This document shows positions 1 through 14,591 of a stretch of DNA of 64,000 nt, in pieces. Position numbers and translations under genes: made by a program. Under the pieces are notes generated by a model, which saw only the letters and a program-made list of their open reading frames with translations, did not search any database and had not been told where the DNA came from. Origin of the DNA: Tubiluchus corallicola (Eukaryota; Animalia; Priapulida); contig JAQGDQ010000109.1 in assembly GCA_030141605.1 (NCBI GenBank), forward strand, positions 248,001 through 312,000, written 5' to 3'. Each line of letters starts with the position of its first letter. Position 1 is the stretch's first letter.

Positions 1-2896
1 GAAGGCGCGTGATGTGCAAATAAAACAAAAAGATTGACTAACTTATAAACATGCAGAAGTGAATTGTTTTAATGTCAGAATAAAACGTGAAATTGAATTT
101 AGGATGAAATAAAATTTGCGAACAATGAGTATGATGCACCTTGGAGCCTGAGACTTGCACAGAACAAAACTGGTTGAAATACAAAAGCAAAAAAAGTTAT
201 TTAAATTTTGAAGCACGCAACAACGCGTGTAACTTTAGATGCATCTAGATTATAAATGAATGCCTCCAAAAGAATAAAAGTTTGGTCAAATATTCTTGGA
301 CAGTGTATAACGCTCTCCTAGGTACCTACTTGAAACTTCTGGCATCTGTATACTTATACTGGTCAGAGTACGTCAAATTCCACACCCTCTCCCCTTCAAA
401 TTGGTATAGACCAACTATTACTCCTCTTTCCAGAATCCTGCTAGTACTCGTGCCTTTCTAGTCATAAAAACCGTAATTTTGAAAGCCATGAAGTTGTTGA
501 TATGGTTTATACGTGTAAGAAAACTCTCTTACAAGGAGCCAAGTCGTTAAAGTTATTATAGGGCTGTTATCGATGTCTATAGCTCTATACAGTTAAACGT
601 GTCCTAATATAAAATGCCGGTGCAAACTAAAAACGGGTTTTTCGGAGACTGATTTCAATTGAAGTTGGAGTCAAATATTCACCTGGGACTTTGGGAGCGG
701 GAGCAGGTGTTGTTACAGCAGCGTATCTTTCACCTGCAGCAGCAGCAACAGCAGCAAAGTAAACCAAGCGCTTGTTAATTGATTATATTTACAAGTTGAA
801 GCGGTTTTTGACTTTTACATCTTGACGTTTGTAATACTTTTTACTCGTTACACAACCTTTCAATTTTCTTTCTTACACTTCGGCCTTCTGTAAGTTGGAG
901 GTAAGTACCTAATTGTGCTTCCTTTATGTAGGTATTGTATGGCGAGACCAAAACCTATTTATAATCAAAGATACGCTTTCAAGATTGCAAACTTGGCCAA
1001 CAAATGTGCCTCACCCTTTGCCTGACTTTTGGCCGAGAAGGACGCAGTTACCTCTCGGCTATTCATCACTCAGCCATACACTGTGCTATGCATTTGTTGC
1101 TGTTGTTGTCGCTGTTGCCATGCTTGTCGCGATAATGCTGGTACTGACGACACATGCAGTAACGGATGGTAGCGTTAGTTTGACCGTAATAGTGGCTGTG
1201 GTATGCCTCTTTTTAACGTTCTTGTTTTTTGTTGTAAATAAGTTTATATTACTTTTACACTGTTATTACAGACCTGTCTAATTTGGCAGCTCGCACGTTA
1301 TGTGAGAATGAAATAAATTTTGAATTATAAGCAAAACTATGGTATAGCTATAAAAAATATAAGTGGCAGTGGTAACAGTAAACGGCAACTGCATTGACCA
1401 CCATCGCCACCAACATCATTATTTAAGATTAGCAGTAAATTTGTTTTCTTGACCACAAAATAATTATCCCTTTAAAACATTCAAAAATGTCGAAAATGCA
1501 GTAAAACAATTAGTACATATTACTAGCTACCGAGTTCAAAGGGTCATGACCCAACATATGCAATGAAGCCAGGAAGTGTGTTAACAAGGCAATAGAGCAG
1601 TAAATTAGCAAAATTTTTCTATAAATTAATTGACTACAACGTTATGGAGGAACCCGTTTTAAAACATCTGAATGTCTTGGAAAACACTTGGGAATAAAGG
1701 ATTCTTAGAACATCAAAAAATGGATGCTTTTGACGTACTTTAACCTTAACCCTTTTTAGGGATCTGCGCCAGCGTTAACAGCTTTACCACTGCTTCTTCA
1801 ATACCCTTCCCGACTGGGAAAGAAGGGATTTAGTTACAGCTGCAAAAAATTGAGAACACATTGAGAAAACAAATTTATTTAGCAAACAGTATCAGTTTTA
1901 TGCAATAATGCGATGAATAACACAACTGACGCGGCCGTAAGCTGATGGGTGGGAGCACTGGGAGGTAGTTTAACGTTAGAAGTGTGAATCCCAAGAAGTA
2001 ATCCAACACTAACTTGCGTGGAAGCCAAACTATACATTCTACATGTTAGTTAGCATGTACGCATTCTTTTCCTACAAGAGGCACTTAAAAAGCACTATGT
2101 TTAGGCCTACAGCAAATTACACATTACCCCCGTAATATATCACTGTAATAGTAGAATGCAACGCAGAAGCATTTTGCCCACAAGCTGTAGAAGTAGTAGC
2201 GTGTATAAGAGGGGGAGAGAGAGGCAATGGAATGTGCTAACCTTCCAGAAATCTTTTCCTTGTACACCCGTATATTTCCTTTTTGGAAACTCATTTTAGC
2301 AAAAGTACGAACAACGGACAAGTTTTTTATAAATTTCCAGCACAACAACGTAACAGGACTTAATAAAATGCTCGTTTTTTATTTATAGTACAAAACATTG
2401 TTTCAATTCGCAGAAACGATTTACTTTTCACCTAAGTCACCTAACGAGCATGTCGGTCGTTTATTGCTTTAGTCTCTTAGCAAGGATCGGTGATGACCTT
2501 CCTACCTTCCTAGAATAAATTTCACAACCTTGTCCTAACAATCATAAAAGTTGTCGAAATTTATTGGTTTATTCACGCTAATAAACTTAAAAAGGATCTC
2601 GCTAACCTTCTTTCTCTCACTCTTTAATTTTCTCTCTCTCTCTCTCACTCAAAATCTAAATCACTTTGTTCGCTTTTGTATTTCAACCAGTTTTGTTCTG
2701 TGCAAGTCTCAGGCTCCAAGGTGCATCATACTCATTGTTCGCAAATTTTATTTCATCCTAAATTCAATTTCACGTTTTATTCTGACATTAAAACAATTCA
2801 CTTCTGCATGTTTATAAGTTAGTCAATCTTTTTGTTTTATTTGCACATCGCGCGCCTTCAGTTTTTGAACTAACCCCTCCCTCTTGTTTTCTCAAT

Positions 2897-2937
2897 CTCT
2901 CTCTCTCTCTCTCCTGCACTCTGCTTCTCACTTTCTT

Positions 2938-2969
<32 letters not shown>

Positions 2970-3103
2970 TCTTTCTCTCCTCTCTCTCTCTCTCGCTCTC
3001 TCTTTCTCTGTCGCCCCTCTCTCTCCCTCGGTCTCTCGCTCTCTCTTTCTCTGTCACCCCTCTCTTTCTATCTCTCTCTCTCTCTTCTCTCTCTCTCTCT
3101 TTC
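2897..3103. repeat. Imperfect (CT)n microsatellite
   Basis: Directly visible. Confidence 0.95.
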
Positions 3104-6100
3104 CTTGTCGCAAGCAGAAAAACGCTATGTTGTAGTAATTCTGAAGCCGTTAGGTGCACTATATCCGTTTCCTCCTTGTGAATCAATGAAAACTATTTAC
3201 AGCTTGTTAGATTCAAACTATAATAAGGTTTTATTTCAGCCGTCAGTAAATCTCCACCCAATTTACAACAGCGCTCTATTACCCGTTAGAGTTTATGGTA
3301 GGTGACTCAAAACATGTCGCGGATGATGTGCTTGAAAACTGAATAAGTTTGTTTCTGCATTTGCCATAAAATTTATTTTGTGCTTATCTTTAGTGTAACA
3401 GCACTTTGTCAGTTCAATAATTTCATTGCATTTAGGGCCTGCTTTAGGGCCATGCAGGGGGCAAGTACAGAAAAAACAATGCATCTGCCCTCGAAACAAA
3501 CAATTTGTTTAAAGCCGAAAATGCATTGTATTTATTTTTTTGATACACAATGTCGAATTGAAATAATTGGCTTTTTACAAAAAAGCTGTTACAGTAGTTG
3601 GTATAGACATACGTGAACACTTGCGGCAGAGGGTTAAAAGAGAAACTCATTTTTGTCAAATTTGTATTCTGGTGTAACCCTTTTGTTAATAGCGCGCTAG
3701 ATACGTGATCGTTTTGAATCCTATGTGCGTCGTAGAGGATCAAGCGCATCAAGCCTGTAATGTGTGTCGGTTACATTTGCGTGTTAGTGCCTGGTAACTT
3801 TATTTACGTCAAACGTAAATATTTTCCTTTGAGCTCTGATTTATTTTTTGAAGTATCTAAGCAGTGTTTTCAACAGATGGCACATGGCTGTTAAAATTTT
3901 TGTTGCAATTTTTTTCGCTGACAGTTTTAGTTTAGTGAAAGTTTTTTGCTGTAAAAATTCGCAAAGCTGCTAAAAGACTTGCACAGTTCTTTAATATGGT
4001 ACTGCAGTAGTTAGAGTAGTTCGTTTACAAGTTGTCCTAGTTTGCTTCTCAGCAAATTCTGCCAAACCTGGAACGTTACCATCAGTCACGAAACTAAAAT
4101 TAGTCCAATAAATGAATGAGCTGCTTCGGCAATTTTAAGTGCCATCTTTGGTTGTTCCCTCTTGTAAAGTTTGCAGAATCAAACAACAGTTGACTGTCTT
4201 TGTTATTTATTAGTTCTGTATGTATACACTTCAAACTGCGCAGGTTAGCCTATTTAACCAAGGGCCAAGGTTGTAGTTAGTAATTACCGAGGATGATTTT
4301 CACTTTATATTAGCAGAGTAATAGGCTTTCATACATGGCTTAATTTAATTTAAGCCGAACGACAGAATTTCTGCTATTTAGTTGACCGTAAATAAAATGA
4401 CGGTTTGTATTCTTGGGAAGATGGGTAGCTGAATATTTATTTTCGGAAAAACGACGGCCACAGGAAAATGGAAAATATGTGAGCTGAGTACACTGAAGAT
4501 TAAAGTTACCATATTCATGGCTCAAACATGCAGACCTGGGAAAACTGTATTTGTAGAAAGAATTAGTCCCGTTTAAGCAAAAAATTGTGCAAGTTAAGAT
4601 TCAGAGTTGGTACGACTGAATATTATTTTGCTGAGTAAGTTCTCTGCGTGCGGAAACTAACTCGTCTAAGCGGTGAAAACAGTGACAAATACAAATACGC
4701 TATTTAATTCGACAGTAAACTAATCATAATTATGGAAGCATATCGAAAGTTTCAATGAAATGAAAAAATATTGTTGCTCATACTTTCCTATCCGTAAAAT
4801 TGTTATGTCATTGACAAAAATTGATTCAGACGGACAGAAAGTCAATTTATAAATTTGATTTTACTCTTTCACTTTCAATTTTAGTTCATAACCTCACGGT
4901 AATGCGTACAGGATGTAACTTGGGTTTTTTGACAACACTTTTACGCAGTTCTAAAATATACAAACGAGCTATTTAGATGCATGACAGAGATTATTTCTCA
5001 AAAGAAAATCAGTTATCAATGCTGCTTTAATTCTCAAAGCCTACGAACAATATCAAGTGGTTGTGGTGGGTCGGAAGCCTAGATAATTATCAAGATCCTT
5101 TCACTAGGATGAGAACCTAAAGTGACGCATTCCCTCTCAAAAAGAAAAGTGTCCATAGGTGTCCTGGAAATAAATTTCCACGAGTGAAAATTGCGGTAAA
5201 AGCGTTTCCGCTATTGGATGACGGGGGTATGGGAGCAGACGATCGTCTTATAACTTTGTTCTGTGTTTTCTTAAGTAAAAAATAAAGTCATACCAGAGTT
5301 TATTGTAACAGTAGTTTATTTAGAAGATTACGTTACAATAGGCAGTATGGAAAATAAAACTGGCCAGAGGCAGTTTACACGGCAATCAACCTATTTACTA
5401 ACCAAGCTAACAGTTAATTTTTGTAGCCGAGGATATTGCTTAATTTTTGTAGTCGAGGACAAGCAGTGACCACTGAGCTGCTTCCTTCTTAACTCAGCAT
5501 GGTACACCAAATGTTAGCGAATGAAAGACAGCAATCAAAAATATGGAACCAGACAAAAAGTGGCTCTAAGATCGCAGGTTAAAATAAGACAAGTAAGTAC
5601 AGCAAACATAGAAGTTACATATTTAGTCATTTAGGACACTGAAACTGCAAATTCACTGAACCAATTTGAGGGCAACCCATGGTAACCAGGAGAAATTTTG
5701 TTTCGTGAAAGAGAGCCTTGGGCTTCCATTAATCACGAGGAAAGTTATATGACAAAATTAATACCAATATGAAACAAATGAGGTTTTCTGCGGCTCGTTC
5801 ATAAACATCACATTGTTAATCGTGTTGATATATTAACTGATTGCTTGATTGATCGGTTAGTTAACTGGCTTACTACTGATTGATTGATTGGGTTCGTTGA
5901 TTGGTTGGGTGGTTGACTGGTTCATATAGTGACCGATCCATCAAACGACTGACCGACCAACCGATTGAATGATTGAACGATTGACCGACCGACTAATTCA
6001 TTTGTTTCTTCTCCATTCATCCACTCCTTCATTTTATTTTGACATTCTTAAGACATACAAGTATGCAATGCACAGGCCTTCACTATCATATACGTATAAT

Positions 6101-7717
6101 AAACTTCTAAAATTGAAAAAAGATGACTTTAGCTCAGAAGTTTTTTCAAAGTGTATAATTATTTTGTTTAGCTGTCGGCTTTACAGTTAACTATTAATTT
6201 AAGGTTTTCGTAATCAGTCATGACATGGGCATTACCAAATTTATCTCAATAATAAAATATATTAAGTAGCTTATTCGTGTTAGCGCTGGCGTGTAACTAA
6301 TAAGCAAACTGTCAGATGAACAAGCATCAAGAAGACTACTGATGGTTAAATATACAGCCAGCAAAATAGCATCAGGTGAACTTAGACAAATGAATAACCA
6401 AATCCTCAAAGTAAGAATTACGAAATGCATGTTTCTCCTTAATGGACACCATTTCTCACTTAAAAACCTGAGATTTTTATTCAGACGGACTTTTTTGCAA
6501 GTATTTATAAAATAATATATATCTTTTAATCTATTAATCATTAATTACAGGCATCAACAAAACCAATTTGTGCACGTGTAACAGCTTTTCAACCGTAAAA
6601 TTAAAAAAGCTTACGCTAAAAATATCTAATAGCGTATCTCCCCTGAGTCCCTGAGTTTGTAATTTGTTTATTACACGGCGAAGGAAACAAGTTTCCTAAC
6701 AGGTATTAATGGCGCTTTTTATAGCCGAATAAAATAATTTCAGTGATAAATCTTTATTTGCCAAATTCAACGAGCCGGTAGTGGCATATTCGCTGGTCAA
6801 TCATAAAGTGTAAACCCTTACATTATGCAGACGACGAGCGGTAACAGCACAATTAAAGCTGGCAATATAAATATAAGAAAAGTTTATTTTCTGTGAATCT
6901 CCTGCGACTAGTTTGTCAGTTAAAATAATATTCATTTTATAAATCCTGTGTTCAACTTTCACCATTTTCAGTTTACATTCTATAACCGTACGTACTTCTG
7001 AAAATTAGGTTTATTTACAGTGAATTTTTACAAGATTTTTCCCGCCCCTCGTGGTTTCAGGTAATTAATTAAGATTAAAGTATCAATTAAGTCGTACGTT
7101 AACGTAATTAACAACGGACATCAGCAGTTACAATACACCTGTCACATGGCTTCTTGCACTGTAGTTGCTTAGCTTAATTATTGTTCAAAGTCCTCCTGGA
7201 AATTGTTGTGATTAATACCCATGAGTTTTACTATACACCTGTACCATAGTGCAAGGTTCACTGACAGTTTAAAATATCGATGATCTTTCCGTAGAGATTT
7301 TATATATAGAGAACTGCGCAAATTTGCAAAAATTGCTTCTTACACTCGACGTACGTTAAGAAATGCCGCTCAACACGCGTAGCTTTTCCATACCATAATT
7401 ATGTAAAATGTGCAATTTAGTTTAATCAAAAGGCCAACATATCCCATATCTTAATAGTTATATTGTCAATGTGGTTATTTTACCACAGTTTATACTTGAC
7501 CGGTCCGGCTGTTGCAGGTTAGTACGTGTCAGCCGGTCCTTGCAGTGTTCCTTAACCTTCGTCCCCCATCAATTTCTCTCATCTCCATCCTGTTCATTTT
7601 TAATGTAGATAAACCTAAAGTGCAAGCAAAACGTATGCATTTGTACTGACCTTCTCAGCCGTGACTACATCCTTGACCATTAAACTATATATAACAATAA
7701 TGACCACGGGGCCATTT

Positions 7718-8470
7718 GCGGATTATGATTTTATGGGCCTTAGGCTTGAGCTTGGAACGGGCCTTTTAAATGTTGCTACACTGCTGAGCTGACGTGTTTT
7801 TGTGGAGCTCTCGTCGTTTGTAAGTTTGTTTAATTTTGTGAGTTTTTGCCCACCGATTGTGATAAAAATTATATCTTCTTGATCCTTGAGTTGTGGACTA
7901 GGACTATATAAACACGATTACAGCTTGGTGAGTTTCTGGGTTAGATGTCAACAAAAATAAAATAACTCTGAAAGTAACTTTAGTTTCTTACTAATTTGCA
8001 GTGGGGAACGATCATTCTCTGCTCTGAAAAGGATAAAAACTTATTTACGGTCATCTCTAAAGGATGACAAATTAAACAATTTATCACTGATGCATATTGA
8101 GTCAGATATGTTGAAAAAAATGGACTTTTCAGAAATTATAACTGACTTTGCCCCCAGAAAAATTCGGAAACTGAAATTTTGAACTTAAACTTAAACTGTG
8201 TAAACGTGAATTGTGTAAACTTAAATTGTGTAAACTTGAATTGTGTAAACTTAAATGTGTAAACTTGATTTGTGCAACCCGATTTGAAATATAGTGACTG
8301 ACTTTTGAAAAAAAACTTTTTTCTATATTTTATTTTGGCGGGCCCCTTGCTCTTTTGTCAATTTATTTTTTTTACAAAAAAAAAATTTTTTTCGTTTTAT
8401 TTTGCCGGGCCCCTTTTGATCCCGGGCCTTAGGCTTCAGCCTATTCAGCCTATAGGGCTATCCGCTACAG
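7718..8470 (+). mobile_element. Non-autonomous hAT DNA transposon (copy 1) with a transposase dimerization-domain remnant
   Basis: 8006-8182 translates ERSFSALKRIKTYLRSSLKDDKLNNLSLMHIESDMLKKMDFSEIITDFAPRKIRKLKF* (hAT C-terminal domain). Its ends are shared with the inverted copy at 58937-59331. It is flanked by (G)CCATTTG on both sides. Confidence 0.88.
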
Positions 8471-11400
8471 CCATTTGTAACCAGCAAAACTAGTGGCCAT
8501 AATACCAGAGACAGCTTGAGGGATGGCAAATGTCTCAGCCATTACCAGCAATAACCACGACTGCCGTTGCTGCTGTCACCAAGATAAGTTCATGTGCTGA
8601 GGTAAGTTTTTCACGAAAAGCTTTTTCCATAGGTAACGTCATTAATTACTTCGTGTTCAGACTCTTTTATGTTAAGTGGAAAACTCGCTTTAAAGGAAAA
8701 CGAATCCTTACTGTTATTAATCAGCTTTGATGTGTTTTTGCTAATAGGTTCTTCATCCTGTTATCAATGATTTTGTTATAATTGTGGAACTTAATTACTT
8801 ACTTTCAACTTCCGCTGCTACTGCTTTTTAAAGCTTGTATCTAATACTCAACTACCCTTGGAACTTAGTTACAGGCGACTTTTTTCTGAAAATTCTATTA
8901 AAAACTGCTTCATATTTTGGTTATCTGCAATTTGCATACAGCTGACCACCATTTATCTGCAGACGCCGTTCTGATTAAAACATTTAACATGTAGGATGGT
9001 TTTCTGTTTGTAGGGATTACCTGACTGGTTAAAATGCAAAATGGCGGTTTTGTTCCGAGCACTAATTTTAGATGTCAAAAAATTCCGAAAGGCGTTCATC
9101 CGGTAGCCCCGGACCGTTTCCACGCTGAGCGCCTTTTTTCCTGAAACTCTCAGAAGTTACAAGCTAGCGTCTTAACTCTTTGGTTCGTTTAATCAACTTG
9201 GGCGCTTCGAGTAGTGCTGAGCCTACCGCTAGTCTTAACCATAATAACTTAACCATATAAGTTAAATTTGTCAAACGGCAATAATTGTTCCGAAGCACCC
9301 CCACCGGTAAGTTTATGCACTATCTAAGAGCTTGTTGACCCGGACAAATATAACTTACCCTGCTTTGCTTAGCGCTAGGTAAATAGCTCTAACAGTACTT
9401 AGTAACCGATAGGATGATGAGGAACAGTAGCCGCTAGGAAAAACGAATATAGCGCAAGTAACTGCGTCATCTTCAACCTCTCGCAGGCAGATTACATGAA
9501 CTGCCAATGTAAACTTACTGATGCGCTATCACTGCTACAAACTACAAGAGTTGCTGTCAACAAAACAGTAGAACATTGTACTCGCACAGCAAACTCTTGA
9601 CGCTATTTTATTTTCTCTGTCTCCATTTCTCTCTCACGCTATTTTTTTCTCTCTGTCTCTTGAGAAAACTTAACATAGCGCACAATGTATGTATGAGAAA
9701 ATTATTTAACTGACTATGTCCACTGAACTGAACTTATTATACTTTGACGTGATACATAGAAGAAATGTGTTCACTCTTCTAAACAGAAGTGCAAACAGGA
9801 TTCATTTTAATTTGTAAGGCAATATTACAGAGCGATATTGTATATACATCGGCTATGCGAAAGTAGTGGCGCACCTTGCTGTACACGAGTGTTTAATTTA
9901 ATGTCGAAGCCCATGTGTGCTTCGGGTCCTAATTGCAAACATTGTATAGTTTGTAGGTTTATGTATACGTGTCATTTAAATGTTATTTATTGTTGTTGTA
10001 ACTGTATTTTGAATATGAACTACATGTTTGGTATAAATGATAAATCAAAATCGAGAATCAGTCTCTCTCTTACTCACTCTCCCTCTCGCTTTCTGTCTCT
10101 GTTCTCTCGTTGTCTATTTCTTTTCTTGCAATCTCTTTCGTGCTTCCTTGTCCCCAGCTTTCTCCTGCCATTCTCTGTTGCCTTTTAGTCATTGGTACTG
10201 TCTCTCCCTTTTTTCGTTATCTTTTGCTAAATCGCGATTTAGTTGTGAAAGTCGTAATCAGAAGTATGCTAAACACAGATCTTTTCACCCCCTAAATAAT
10301 TAGATGAAAGTAGTAAACTTTAATTAGAAGCCATCCTTCAATTTTTAAAATTAATTTCCCTCGATTAATGACTGCTTCTAATCTGCGGAAATCTCTTACA
10401 TTTAAGACGGGAATCCCCTCGCTCTTTTGTCACCAATGTGTAAATTTTGTTTCGTTTCGATAATCGTTGTCCTCAAAGCCTAAATTGTGCGAAAACAATA
10501 CAACGTATATTTTTGCTGCTTCTACTCCACCACTACATTGCACGAAATACCGATAATGGATCCGCCCATTTCTTCACTTACAATAAAACCCGACTTGAAT
10601 CTTCCTATTAATTTCTCAATTCAAAGTAATCAGTCAGCTGCTGTAAGCTGCGTGGATTTATTAAAATTGATGTTGCGCGTAATGGCGACAGTCTGCATTT
10701 ATTAGTCCCAAGTGCTTTTAATCAACGCCGGACTGTGAAAATCGGAAACAAAATGACGAAGAAAAAATGTGAAGGCGTAGGAAGTTCAGAACTTGAAATT
10801 GAATACAAAAGTCTGCATGCAGAAATTAAACAGAATATTTTTTAGCATCACAGTTTCTTGTAGAATATGTAAGACTTAAAATTGTTCAAGTTTGGATTCT
10901 TGATTGTGATCAGCATGTTAAACACTGATATCAGTGATGTTAAACACGTAATGTTGTGGGTGCGATAGTTATAGTTGATGGAAATGATCGCCAGAAGAAG
11001 TGTCGCCAAATCAAAGTTCTGCTTTATGAACCAGGACTGTTCATAAAAATTTTAAATTAACTGATGTATACTACAAATACTAGAGATATGGCGACATACG
11101 TTAGGCATAACAGACAAAGTCTGACTTGTACACGTATGTATGTACATACATTTATAGTAACTTAATGTGAAAATACACAAGTTAAATATATAGGCAGCAA
11201 GCATGATTTAACCAACTTAAAAGGTCTGAAAGTACATGCAGTGTATATAGGCTCAAAAGTAGTCGCTATTTGCATGCATTGCATATAAGTGAACAATATA
11301 ATAAGAGTGGTTTCACAATATCTTACTCCTACTCCTCCTACACAAGTAGTTTAATTATTCCATTACCAAGTAAAGTAACCTTTTCAGGTAACATGGCTAA

Positions 11401-12299
11401 TTGACATCCATTAGACTCGTAATTGACTCCCATTAACAATTAGTCTACGACAATACTGTTAAGAGTTGTTGACTTTAGATAGGTGTTTGTTAGATATTTT
11501 TGTTCCTGAAAGTTACACAATTAATCCGTGGGAAGTTATATTAGCAAAGGAAAAGAAGGCTCAAATCAAATTGCTAATATACAATGCAATAATTTATAAA
11601 GGTCTGACGCTATACATGAAGCCTTTTTACCCTTTTTATAACTTATAATACTTCCTTAGTTTGTATCAGGATAAAAACTAGTAATAAGACATCTATATTG
11701 GAAGAAATTGGCAAATAAATAAACAGTTAGCATTTTAATATTTGAATTTTGATAAATTTTTTATTTAAAAGTCTATATTGTAGTTTTAACATATTTTTTC
11801 ATAAATTCTATCTTTTATTTTTATAGAATTGATAAAGAAGTTCGCTTTTCTATCGTAGTAGTCCTGGTTCATGTGTCTTGACATAAAATATTCTATTTCT
11901 ACACCTTGCGTGTTTTGAGATGAATAATTATCCGGAAATTTCCGTGAAAATCTGTGACTAAGTCTGCTGTATGGCACATTAACTTTTGAGTGCATTTCGT
12001 CGCGATCTGCTCTTTCCACAACGTTCTCCGTTTCTCTAGGTGGTAACGATATTACATGGACACCCAATCTAATCTTCTTGTTCTTAAGCTCGGATATGTT
12101 GAAAATTTACAAACGAAAAAAAATTACAGTTAGGTTTGCAATGAAATCCCCGCTGATAGTGGTACATAAGAGGAGTGATTTAGTCCGAGGAGTTTCATCA
12201 AAATAATTTTCATTAGGAAAAAAGACTGTGAGGCAAATTATATTTTGTTACGTGTTATAAAAGAGCTAGCTGACTAGAAACTTATTAATTGGTAACTTC

Positions 12300-12470
12300 G
12301 CTTACGGATAGTGTTTTGTGTCTCGGAAAGGCCTGCAGGTTCAATTCCTAGCCGTTATAATTAATGATTCAGAAAAGACGCCGCTACTTTTTAGACTAAA
12401 TAATGTATACGGGAGTTTATTGAAATACGGGGGGGGGGTGAGGTGTAAGAATAAACGCTACCACCACAGA
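12300..12470 (+). mobile_element. Possible tRNA-derived SINE remnant
   Basis: B-box-like GGTTCAATTCC near 12338-12348 with no complete cloverleaf. Confidence 0.3.
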
Positions 12471-14039
12471 AGCAAATGCTAATACTTCAGATATCATCCC
12501 TGTTCCCTGATTCGTCCGTACAGAATCTTCTTGGCCCATTGGTTAAAATTAATTGTAAATACAGTTAATAAACACAAAGATACGTCATTAGTGACGTCAT
12601 TTCGCTGGCCTGTTTTTTTTAAATGGAGGTTTATATTATGAATTTGTGGAGCTGCCATTACATGGATTGACGTAGAACATAATTTGTCTTGCAACATGTG
12701 CATATAATCCAAGGAAACCCTTGCTTAGAGGAATGCAGCGGTGAACACCGCCTAGCAGTTTAAATAAGGATTCGTGTTTCTGTTTCGATCGTTTAAGTTG
12801 CTAAAAAACTCACACGTGTTCGTCGTCAGTTTGAGTACATCAGATATAGATTATTCAACATTTCAACGGCAACAAAGTATTCAGAATCGATGACGGGGAC
12901 CTTCTGGTGTTCCATAGTTTAGTTCTTAAGATTATCAGCTTAATATTAATGCAGTAATAATCATTGTAAAAGTTCGACACAAGCTATGGTGGAATATTTG
13001 AGACAAAAATATTTTAGCAGATACGTACGAATACTCGAAAAGAACTTTTTTAGAAAACATATACATTATATAGTTGACCGATCAACCGTTTCAACACTAA
13101 AAATTTTTTGTCAAGAACTGTGAACTGGTTGCTTATAGAAAATAAATATGTAAAAAACAACAAAAGTGAAAGTTTATGGGGATTTAACTCATTTAAGGCA
13201 GTGATAAAATAAAGTGTTACTGAAATGGAGATTGGGCAGTATATGGGCGAAACGAGTGACGTGATACAAGCGATCACATACGTTTTCACTTAGTTCTCAT
13301 TATACGTGTGAATGAACGGTTCACCTGCGCACTTAAGTTCGGCTTGTATGTTAGTGCACTCACTTTAGTTCGTAAAGAATATGATAGAGAGGCAGTCAAA
13401 TTGTTAGAGTCTTTACTAGTTTGCTAAATATGGTCGTGTTGACATTCTAGCTAATTGTGACACTTAAAATTAACTTGTTTTCATTCTGTCGGGAGGCTGT
13501 TTCTTGGAAGACTGTATAACATTGATCAGAATAATAAAGTTTTCTGCCTGACTACCTGTCAACGAGCATCGTCTAGCCACGCTTAAGCAAACAGGGTTAA
13601 TCGGATATCAATACCAACTGCTTGTCGTTTATTAGTGTTGTATGTTTTCAATGTTGTACGAGTTCATGTCGTAGAAACGGCAGACACGTGCCAGTCAGAT
13701 GATACGCCCTGACGAGTTAAGGTGTCCTTGGAAAGGGAAAATTCTTTTTGAGCAAATGTCGCTAGTCGGCATAATTTAGATCGTATTCTTTTTACTGCAA
13801 ACATGTGGGCATAACTAGTGACCTGGTACAGGAGATCGCGTACTATTTCACTTATTCATGATCATGCTTCTCGTGACTTCATAAAGTCTTTAATATATTG
13901 AAAAAACAGAATTTACTGTCGCGCATTTTCATTTGCGATCTATATAATCAAACCTTAAAAATTCTAGATAATTGAACATGTGCTGTGACCTATATCTCAA
14001 TTTATTTATTATTATCGCTTGAGCAAATTTTAATCCAGG

Positions 14040-14454
14040 TTTCTGCATTGTTCGATGCTGCTCTGTCACCTGTACCTGCTGGGCTTCCCGTACGTGCTTA
14101 CACGCTCTGTTAGTGAGATTCATTAGCCAATCAGATAAGCCCTGTAGGTGCATGTGGCCTGAGTATCTTTGCCAAGACCAACCTGGGCACTTATTGCTGC
14201 TGAGTTGACACCATCTACATGCGTATCTGCTTTTTCCTGTAAACACAATAGTGTAAAAAATGTGTGAGTATTATAAATAAAGTATTTTACAATTCAATAC
14301 AGATTTCTCTTTTGTCGTTCTAATCTGCCAGGTTGGAATAAGCAAACTTCAGTCTGAAAATATCTCTTACCAATTTTCTTCAAGTTATTTCTACCAGATC
14401 ATCTACAAGTTCATCAGTCAACTATAACTTTTTTACAATTGGTGCCGAAACCCG
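14040..14454 (+). mobile_element. LTR-retrotransposon remnant: LTR 3' end plus tRNA-Phe primer-binding site (left boundary uncertain)
   Basis: ...TTACA (14437), a 2-nt spacer, then TGGTGCCGAAACCCG (14440-14454), complementary to the 3' end of eukaryotic tRNA-Phe. CCAAT (14127) and TATAAATAAA (14272-14281) lie upstream. Confidence 0.65.
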
Positions 14455-14591
14455 TGATTAGACTATTCTTTAGTTCTGTATGATTTGGTTATGATATTAG
14501 TTAACTGTGTTGATCGCTTATGTTGTTAATTTAGCGTACTTTGTCTTTTATAGGTATTCTTGATGAACACAGAAAGAGTTGATGTGTAAAT

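Noticed and set aside
913-1281. 122-aa hydrophobic ORF
   Set aside because: Non-ATG start, low-complexity GTT/GCT-rich composition and no family signature.
2812-3186. Arg/Glu-rich and Ser/Leu-rich ORFs
   Set aside because: Products of the (CT)n/(GA)n tract.
8186-8278. Short tandem TGTGTAAACTT repeats considered as a CRISPR-like array (also 13-bp tandem at 34263-34312)
   Set aside because: No unique spacers and a eukaryotic context; these are simple minisatellites, the first internal to the hAT element.
12300-12360. Possible tRNA gene
   Set aside because: Only a B-box-like motif; no acceptor stem or anticodon arm can be folded.
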